This document shows positions 1 through 5,889 of a stretch of DNA of 6,011 nt, piece by piece. This DNA is from Octopus sinensis (Eukaryota): NCBI RefSeq assembly GCF_006345805.1, contig NW_021829476.1, positions 1-6,011 of the forward strand, given 5' to 3'. The notes below the pieces were generated by a model. That model searched no databases, had not been told where the DNA came from, and saw only the letters and a list, made by a program, of their open reading frames with translations. The position numbers were made by a program, and so were the translations under genes. Numbering within the stretch: position 1 is the first letter of the stretch; every line of letters begins with the position of its first letter.

Positions 1-143
1 AATAATATAATAATATAATTAATAATATAATAATAATGAATAATGATAATGATAATAATAATAATATAATAATAAATAATAATAAATAATAATAGTAGAA
101 GAAGAAGAAGAAGAAAGAAGAAGAAGAAGAAGAAGAAGAAGAA
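1..143. repeat. Compound microsatellite (AAT)n-AGT-(AGA)n
   Basis: Imperfect AAT run to ~93, AGT, then AGA/GAA run to ~143. Confidence 0.97.
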
Positions 144-144
144 A

Positions 145-699
145 ATTGCCCTGACGCAGTACCAGGCAGTGGCTCTCGTGGCTTCTGATCTTAACTGATT
201 GGAAGTGTTATCATGTACATTGTTTTGTCTTGGTATAAAAGATAGGCTACAGCAAATATTCTGCTCAATACCACTGATTTGCTTGTCAGTTGTTTGACCT
301 TAACCAGTTGAGCATGTCCCTTAGTGGCTGACAATATGTGCTATCCCTGATCACGAGCAGGAGTAGTGGGGAGCATCATAGCCATGTGTTGAGAGGGATT
401 CTTTGGGGTTTGGATAATTCACCACTGGAAACATGGGTGCTTCGTTCAACATCGTTAAACAACCCTTATTCAGGGACCTTTTGAGCGGGATGGGTTACTC
501 GACGAGAAATAAATTCTAACTGGGCCCCACCTGCAAGGTCATGTGCTGTTTATCTGATATGAGATCACCATGTCGCGCACATATGGTTGTGATGCATGTG
601 CCTGGTGTACCTTTATCAGACGGGTAGTCATGATGGGTATATTGGGCTTCGTATATTTTACCCCAGTGTCACTTTGATGCATGCACTGCTCTCTCACTT
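145..699. mobile_element. Unclassified ~555-bp repeat, family A, copy 1
   Basis: Aligns end to end with 812-1365 (about 94% identity by hand count). Starts ATTGCCCTGA, ends CTCTCACT, microsatellite on both sides. No credible ORF, no terminal inverted repeats, no clear Pol III boxes. Mobile nature is inferred. Confidence 0.75.
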
Positions 700-718
700 A
701 ATAATAATAATAATAATA

Positions 719-770
<52 letters not shown>

Positions 771-774
771 TAAT

Positions 775-807
<33 letters not shown>

Positions 808-810
808 AAG
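700..810. repeat. Compound microsatellite (AAT)n-AGT-(AAG)n
   Basis: AAT run 700-~774, AGT, AAG run to 810; same architecture as 1-143. Confidence 0.97.
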
Positions 811-811
811 A

Positions 812-1365
812 ATTGCCCTGAAGCAGTACCAGGCAGTGGCTCCCATGGCTTCTGGTCTTAACTGATTGGAAGTGTTATCATGTACATTGTTTTGTCTTGG
901 TATAAAAGATAGGCTACAGCAAATATTCTGCTCAATACCACAGAGTTGCTTGTCAGTTGTTTGACCTTAACCAGTTGAGCATGTCCCTTAGTGGCTGACG
1001 ATATGTGCATCTCTGATCACAAGCAGAAGTAGTGGGGAAGCATCATAGCCATGTGTTGAGAGGGATTCTTTGGGGTTTGAATAATTCACCACTGGAAACA
1101 TGGGTGCTTCGTTCAACATAGTTAAACAACCCTTATGCAGAGACCTTTTGAGCGGGATGGGTTACTCGACGAGAAATAAATTCTACCTGGGTCCCACCTG
1201 CAAGGTCATGCGCTGTTTATCTTGATATGAAGTCATGTCGCGCACATATGGTTGTGATGCATGTGCCTAGTGTACCCTTATCAGACGGGTAGTCATGATG
1301 GGTATACTGGGCTTCGTATATTTTACCCCAGTGTCACTGTGATGGCATGCACTGCTCTCTTACTC
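812..1365. mobile_element. Unclassified ~555-bp repeat, family A, copy 2
   Basis: Direct repeat of 145-699 at an offset of 667 bp, followed by (AAT)4. Confidence 0.75.
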
Positions 1366-1378
1366 AATAATAATAATG

Positions 1379-1593
1379 GTTTCAGATTTTGGCACAAAGC
1401 CAGTAGATTTGGGTGAGGGGTTAAGTCGATTAAATCGATTCAAGTGCTCAACTTGTAACTTATTTTATCGACCTCGAAAGATGAAAGGCAAAAATCGACA
1501 TCGGCTCGAGTTTGAACTCAGAACGTTAAGACAGAAGAAATGCTGTTTAAGCATTTTGTCCGGCATGCTTAACGATTCGGTCAACTCGCCGCT
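1379..1593 (-). mobile_element. tRNA-derived SINE family B, diverged copy
   Basis: Shares TTATCGACC..GAAAG-ATGAAAGGCAAA..TCGAC..TTTGAACTCAGAACGT with the other B copies; minus-strand B-box-like GAGTTCAAACTC. Confidence 0.85.
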
Positions 1594-1596
1594 ATA

Positions 1597-1712
1597 ACGA
1601 CGACGACGACGACGACGACGACGATGATGATGATGATGATGACGACGACGACGACGACGATGATGATGATGATGATGATGATGGTGACGATGATGATGAT
1701 AACGATGACGAT
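1597..1712. repeat. Compound (GAC)n/(GAT)n microsatellite
   Basis: Alternating GAC and GAT blocks in one triplet phase; a short (GCAA)4 follows at 1729-1744. Confidence 0.97.
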
Positions 1713-1770
1713 TTGGCTGTGTAACATTGCAAGCAAGCAAGCAAGATTGAAGTTAGTTTTTAATATAGTA

Positions 1771-1948
1771 TATAGAGGTAAGCCACAACTCAAAAGTAGC
1801 TTGGTTCTGCTATAGAAAGCTACGTTACTTGCAACAGCAAGGATCTTAAGAAGAGTTCATGACACATAGGGCTGACGGATGTAGTTTTCTCCCAAGAAGG
1901 AATTACTCAGGTTCAATTCTCTCAGACCGAGATAATTCAGTAATAATA
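1771..1948 (+). mobile_element. Decayed 3' end of an R4/Dong-clade (restriction-like endonuclease) non-LTR retrotransposon, fragment 1
   Basis: 1801-1869 translates LVLL*KATLLATARILRRVHDT*, matching the R4/Dong C-terminal motif (LQKxxLLGTARILRxVL, from memory) with Q changed to TAG. Followed by a ~70-nt 3' UTR with a stem-loop (1900-1913/1925-1938) and TAATAATA. The 5' boundary is uncertain. Confidence 0.75.
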
Positions 1949-1956
1949 GCAGCAAT

Positions 1957-2138
1957 TTATTTACATTATTTACATTTGACTGATATCTGTCCTCATCTTG
2001 TTTGTTGTTAACACAACGTTTCGGCTGATATACCCTCCGACCTTCATCAGGTGTCTTGGAGAAATTTCGAAGATGAGGACAAATATCCGTCAAATGTAAA
2101 TAATGTAAATAATGTACATAATTCTTCATCTCTTAAAT
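1957..2138. mobile_element. Penelope-like element pseudo-LTR remnant with partial inverted duplication
   Basis: 43-bp inverted repeat (1957-1999 vs 2070-2112, 41/43 matches) enclosing a minimal hammerhead. Inverted partial termini plus minimal hammerheads are characteristic of Penelope-like elements. Right boundary approximate. Confidence 0.7.
2010..2055 (-). ncRNA. Minimal type I hammerhead ribozyme (Penelope-type)
   Basis: Minus strand: GACAC-CUGAUGA-A-GGUCG-GAGGGUAUAU-CAGCC-GAAA-CG-UU-GUGUU. Core CUGAUGA at 2050-2044 and GAAA at 2022-2019; stem I GACAC/GUGUU (5 bp); stem II GGUCG/CAGCC (one G-U, one C-A mismatch); stem III reduced to palindromic ACGU; predicted cleavage after GUU, between 2015 and 2014. 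Confidence 0.8.
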
Positions 2139-2165
2139 ATAGAACTGTATTGAATAACAGCAGCT

Positions 2166-2283
2166 GTTTCAAATTTTGACACAAGTCCAGCGGTTTTGAG
2201 GGAAGGGGATTAATCGATACTTTCGAACTCACTACTTGTCTGGTACTTTATTTTATCGACCCCAGAGGGATGAAAGGTAAGGT
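2166..2283 (-). mobile_element. SINE family B, 3' part of a split copy
   Basis: GTTTCAAATTTTGACACAAG...CTGGTACTTTATTTTATCGACCCCAGAGGGATGAAAGGTAAGGT matches the other B copies, then breaks off abruptly. Confidence 0.85.
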
Positions 2284-2535
2284 ATTACAACCGTGCTTCG
2301 TGGTCTGCTACCACAACAGCTCCTTTATAGGATCCAGTTGGCTCAAGACATCATCAGGAGGAACCACGTCCGGTTTCGGCCCCTACTCCTCTACCGTTTT
2401 GACGTGGCGGGGCTCCCCCTTTCGGAGGTGTCTTCAGCTCTGGTGTTGGGTGCATGTCTTCTTTCTTCTGTTCCCTGGCCTCTTCGATGTATTGTCAGCG
2501 AGTGTCAGCCGGTGACTGACTGACTTGTCAAATTT
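2284..2535. mobile_element. Unidentified GC-rich ~250-bp insertion interrupting a SINE B copy
   Basis: SINE B homology stops at ~2283 and resumes in register at ~2536. The intervening sequence is unrelated to anything else in the window and richer in GC. No clear TSD. Confidence 0.6.
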
Positions 2536-2630
2536 TGATTTTAGGTGTAACTTGGACTCAGAACGTAAAGAATCGATCAAAACGTCCAGTATTTTGGCCG
2601 ACACAACAACGATTCTGCCACTCGAACGCT
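2536..2630 (-). mobile_element. SINE family B, 5' (tRNA-like head) part of the split copy
   Basis: AACTTGGACTCAGAACGTAA...AACGATTCTGCCACTCG matches the B-box and A-box region of the other copies. Confidence 0.8.
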
Positions 2631-2664
2631 ATTAATAATAGCAACAATAATTATGGACGCGACA

Positions 2665-2947
2665 GGAAAGTTATGGGACATGAGGAAAGCAATGCTGATA
2701 CCGGTGGTAATTGGAGCATTAGGAGTAGTTTCCTAGGGCTTTGAAAAACATATTTAGAACATTGGAGCTGTTGTCAGGCTCGAGGTGATCCAGAAGACAG
2801 CATTGTTGGGTACAGCTCGCATTCTAAGGAGAGTATTGGTCTCTCTGAGTCACAGGAGAAGGCACTACTTGAAACCTTTGGTGATTTGTTGTTGCCTGCT
2901 TTCGAGTAAAGAATAACTGGTAATTAAGAATTATCCTAGAGTCTTTC
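2665..2947 (+). mobile_element. Decayed 3' end of an R4/Dong-clade non-LTR retrotransposon, fragment 2
   Basis: 2665-2838 translates GKLWDMRKAMLIPVVIGALGVVS*GFEKHI*NIGAVVRLEVIQKTALLGTARILRRVL. The LW...IPVVIGALG...IQKxALLGTARILRRVL signature matches the C-terminus of R4/Dong ORFs (from memory). Two in-frame TAG stops (2734, 2755), then a ~105-nt 3' UTR running into (TAA)n. Confidence 0.88.

Positions 2948-2985
<38 letters not shown>
2948..2985. repeat. (AAT)n microsatellite
   Basis: About 12 perfect units between the R4/Dong 3' end and a SINE B 3' end. Confidence 0.97.
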
Positions 2986-3198
2986 CCTTTCTGCTATAGG
3001 CACAAGGCTTGACATTTTTGGGGAGAGAACTAGTCGATTACATTGACCCCAGTGTTTCACAGGTACTTAGTTTATCGACCCTGAAAGGATGAAAAGAAAA
3101 GTCGACCTCCGCGGAATTTGAACTCAGAATGTAGCGATGGGCGAAATACCGCTAAACATTTCGTCCAGTGTGCTAACGATTCTGCCAGCTCATTGCAC
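2986..3198 (-). mobile_element. tRNA-derived SINE family B, full-length copy
   Basis: Minus strand: A-box-like TGGCAGAATCGTT, B-box GAGTTCAAATTCC, central GTCGACTTTTCTTTTCATCCTTTCAGGGTCGATAAACTAAGTACC, tail CCTTGTGCCTATAGCAGAAAGG followed by (ATT)n. Confidence 0.92.
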
Positions 3199-3218
3199 TA
3201 ATAATAATAATAATAATA

Positions 3219-3284
<66 letters not shown>
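3199..3284. repeat. (AAT)n microsatellite
   Basis: Near-perfect run with one phase slip at ~3221. Confidence 0.97.
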
Positions 3285-3285
<1 letters not shown>

Positions 3286-3331
3286 TTGCCCTAGGATTCG
3301 GGAAGACTTTTGCCCTAGGAGTCGGGAAGAC
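3285..3331 (+). repeat. Tandem duplication, 24-bp period, at the start of an ~85-bp island within (AAT)n
   Basis: TTTGCCCTAGGATTCGGGAAGAC (3285-3307) and TTTGCCCTAGGAGTCGGGAAGAC (3309-3331), 22/23 identical. Confidence 0.92.
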
Positions 3332-3370
3332 ACTCGGCAAGAAATGAAATTTGAAAGAAGAAGAAAACCC

Positions 3371-3373
3371 ATA

Positions 3374-3433
<60 letters not shown>

Positions 3434-3720
3434 GATGATGATGATGATGGTGATGAGGATGAAGAAGAAGAAGAAGAAGAAGAAGAAGAAGAAGAAGAAG
3501 AAGAAGAAGAAGAAGAAGAAGAAGAAGAAAAGGAGGAGGAGGAGGTGGGTGATAATGAAAACAATAATAATAGTAAATGTTGTTGTTGCTGCTGTTGATG
3601 ATGATGATGATGATAATGATGCTGATAATGATGATCATGATAATGATGATAACGACAATATAATAGAAATTTTCCATAAAATGAAAAACAACAAAGCAAT
3701 AAATAAACAATAATAATCGT
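3371..3720. repeat. Compound microsatellite / low complexity (AAT, GAT, GAA, GGA, TGT/TGC, GAT)
   Basis: AAT to ~3432, GAT to ~3460, GAA to ~3528, GGA to ~3545, then degenerate triplet runs. Confidence 0.93.
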
Positions 3721-3888
3721 AATTTTGGAATGTTCCCGAATTTAAGGTGGTAATAATGGTGGCTGAGAAAATAAACAGAGCGGTTTCCCCTCCTGTTCGG
3801 CCATCTTTGTTTAATGCCTTTTATTGATTGGCTTCGATCCATTCATTGCACTTTTTCAGCTAGGCATAAATTGGTGATGCTCCATTGA

Positions 3889-4162
3889 GCTGTTGTAGTT
3901 GCTGCTGCCGTTGCTGCTGCTGCTGCTGCTGCTGTAGTTGCTTTTTGTTGCTGTCAACGATAGCGATGATGATGATTCATAACGATGGTAATGATGATAA
4001 TGATGATGGCTGTGGTGATGATGATGGTGTGATGGTGGTGGTGGTGGTGGTGGTGGTGATGTGGATGGGAAGCGGGGGACTTAATCTTGGTGTTTTGATG
4101 GTCGTGGTAGTGAAAACGGTGACGATGTTTATATTGATGACAATGGTGTTGTTGACATTGAC

Positions 4163-4219
<57 letters not shown>

Positions 4220-4229
4220 AATAATAATA
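3889..4229. repeat. Compound microsatellite (GCT, GAT, GGT, GAT, AAT)
   Basis: Successive perfect and degenerate triplet runs. Confidence 0.93.
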
Positions 4230-4231
4230 TA

Positions 4232-4443
4232 GGCGTAGGAGTGGCTGTGTGGTAAGTAGCCAGCTTGCCAACCACATGGTTCCGGGTTCAGTTCCACTGC
4301 GTGGCACCTTGCGCAAGAGTCTTCTACTATAGCTTCGGGCCGATCAAAGCCTTGTGAGTGGATTTGGTAGACGGAAACTGAAAGAAGCCCGCCGTATATA
4401 TGTATATGTATATATGAATATATATATTATATATATATATATG

Positions 4444-4480
<37 letters not shown>

Positions 4481-4687
4481 TGTGTGTATATGTTTGTCCC
4501 CCCAACATCGCTTGACAACCGATGCTGGTGCGTTTACGTCCCCGTAACTTAGCGATTCGGCAAAAGAGACCGATAGAATAAGTACTAGGCTTACAAAGAA
4601 CAAGTCCTGGGGTCGATTTGCTCGACTAAAGCCGGTGCTCCAGCATGACCGCAGTCAAACGACTGAAACAAGTAAAAGAGTAAAAGA
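4232..4687 (+). mobile_element. Composite tRNA-derived SINE family C with internal (TA)n(TG)n
   Basis: A-box-like TGGCTGTGTGGT (4242-4253); B-box-like GGTTCAGTTCC (4285-4295); CORE-like GTGGCACCTTGCGCAAGAGTCTT (4301-4323); internal microsatellite; 3' half sharing motifs with family B; terminal hairpin CAGTC-AAAC-GACTG and (AGTAAAAG)2 tail. Confidence 0.85.
4395..4492. repeat. (TA)n-(TG)n dinucleotide microsatellite inside SINE C
   Basis: Imperfect TA run to ~4442, then TG run. Confidence 0.96.
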
Positions 4688-4695
4688 AGAAAAGT

Positions 4696-4696
<1 letters not shown>

Positions 4697-4732
<36 letters not shown>
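4697..4732. repeat. (TAA)12 microsatellite
   Basis: Perfect run between the 3' ends of SINE C and a SINE B copy. Confidence 0.97.
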
Positions 4733-4934
4733 GGTGTCAAATTTTGCAACAGTGTCTGCAATTTTGGGGGAAGGGGATGAGTCGATTACATCGACCCCAG
4801 TGTTCAATTGGTACTTATTTTATCGATCCCGAATGGATGAAAGGCAAGTCGACCTCGGTGGAATTCGAACTCAGAACGTAATACCGCTAAGCATTTCGTC
4901 CAGCGTGCTAACGATTCTGCCAGCTTGCCGCCCT
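4733..4934 (-). mobile_element. tRNA-derived SINE family B, near full-length
   Basis: Minus strand head GGGCGGCAAGCTGGCAGAATCGTTAGC, B-box GAGTTCGAATTCC, conserved central domain; short deletion between the boxes relative to 2986-3198. Confidence 0.92.
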
Positions 4935-4936
4935 AA

Positions 4937-4970
4937 ATGATAATGATGATGATGATGATGATGATAATAA
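4937..4970. repeat. (GAT)n/(AAT)n microsatellite
   Basis: Seen directly. Confidence 0.93.
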
Positions 4971-5180
4971 TTCTCTGTACTGTAGGCACAAAGCCTAAAA
5001 TTTTAAGGATGGACTGGTCATAGACTCCAGTGCTGGGGTGGCGTTTCACTTATCGGCCATTGAAGGACATCAGAAAAGTAAAGTTGACATCAGAGGAATT
5101 TGAACTCAAGAAGTAAAAAGCCAGAATAAATATCGCTAAGCATTTTGTCCGCTGCATTAACGGTTCTGCCATCTCGCTGC
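4971..5180 (-). mobile_element. SINE family B, diverged copy
   Basis: TACTGTAGGCACAAAGCC...GGAATTTGAACTCA...CGCTAAGCATTTTGTCC...AACGGTTCTGCCATCTCGCTGC is colinear with the other B copies. Confidence 0.82.
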
Positions 5181-5350
5181 AAACCCAGTAATTTCTGGGG
5201 CAGTAGTTTGGTTATATCTGACTACTTCCTGACTGGTATTTTAGTTTATCGAACCCAGGAGGATGAAATACAAAGTGGGTATCCGTGGAATTTGAAAGCA
5301 GAAGGCTGGAAGAAATATCACAAAGCATTTAGTTGTTCTAACAAGAATCT
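5181..5350 (-). mobile_element. SINE family B, heavily degraded copy
   Basis: CTGGTATTTTAGTTTATCGAACCCAGGAGGATGAAATACAAAGT...GGAATTTGAA matches the central domain; ends uncertain. Confidence 0.7.
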
Positions 5351-5412
5351 CTTATCTTTGAGATTGTAGATTGCAAAAAAAGAAGGCAGTACTTTTGTGA
5401 AAATTAATTATC

Positions 5413-5452
5413 GGTTTTAATTTATACACAAGACCAATAATTTTGAGAGGTA
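5413..5452 (-). mobile_element. 3' tail of an old SINE B copy, continued at 5890-6011
   Basis: GGTTTTAATTTATACACAAGACCAATAATTTTGAGAGG resembles the tail at 2166 (GTTTCAAATTTTGACACAAGTCCAGCGGTTTTGAGGG). Confidence 0.55.
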
Positions 5453-5460
5453 TTAATACC

Positions 5461-5881
5461 TATTTCTTTACTACCCACAATGGGCTAAACACAGAGAGGA
5501 CAAACAAGGACAGACAAATGGAATAAGTCGATTATATCGACCCCAGTGCGTAACTGGTACTTATTTAATCGACCCCGAAAGGATGAAAGGCAAAGTCGAC
5601 CTCGGCGGAATTTGAACTCAGAACGTAGCGGCAGACGAAATACTTATTTCTTTATTACCCACAAGGAGCTAAACACAGAGGGGACAAACAAGGACAGACA
5701 TAGGTATTAAGTCTTATATATCGACCCAAGTGCGTAACTGGTACTCAATTTATCGACCCCGAAAGGATGAAAGGCAAGGTCGACCTCGGTGGAATTTGAA
5801 TTCAGAACGTAACGGCAGACGAAATACGGTTACACATTTCGCCCGGCGTGCTAACGTTTCTGCCAGCTTGCCGCCTTTTAT
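5461..5881 (-). mobile_element. Young SINE B variant: one head plus two tandem 184-bp body/tail units, flanked by an 8-bp TSD
   Basis: AATAC recurs at 5455, 5639 and 5823 (period 184). The A-box head is present once (5826-5876). TTAATACC occurs at 5453-5460 and 5882-5889. The 3' tail differs from the other B copies. Confidence 0.9.
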
Positions 5882-5889
5882 TTAATACC

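Noticed and set aside
475-545. HDV-like ribozyme in family A (GACCTT/AAGGTC as P1)
   Set aside because: Could not build P3/L3, P1.1 or P2 with correct spacing on either strand.
596-1815. Short ORFs 596-865, 1376-1597, 1465-1740, 1581-1793 and 1624-1815
   Set aside because: They cross repeat/microsatellite boundaries. Only the last codons of 1624-1815 are meaningful, as part of the decayed R4/Dong frame.
2351-2437. Second hammerhead suggested by minus-strand CUGAAGA (2437-2431), two GAAA motifs and CUGAUGA (2357-2351)
   Set aside because: No arrangement gave stems I, II and III adjacent to the core with a UH cleavage site.
2270-2523. Overlapping ORFs across the GC-rich insert
   Set aside because: Short, non-ATG or starting within SINE sequence, no recognisable motif; open frames are expected at this GC content.
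2283-2532. Solo LTR or TIR element call for the insert (TATTACAA...TTGTCAAA ends)
   Set aside because: Terminal match is only 6/8, with no TG...CA pair, no TSD, and no poly(A) signal downstream of the TATA-like motif; left unclassified.
3285-3331. CRISPR-like direct repeats
   Set aside because: Only two adjacent units with no spacer, no cas genes, and a eukaryotic repeat context.
4232-4300. tRNA gene at the SINE C head (and at the SINE B heads)
   Set aside because: A- and B-box-like motifs are present but no full cloverleaf; the sequence continues into SINE body.
3137-4316. Long ORFs of 92-175 aa with poly-I/N/E/K/H/M/S tracts
   Set aside because: They are translations of triplet microsatellites, open in several frames on both strands, with no domain content.
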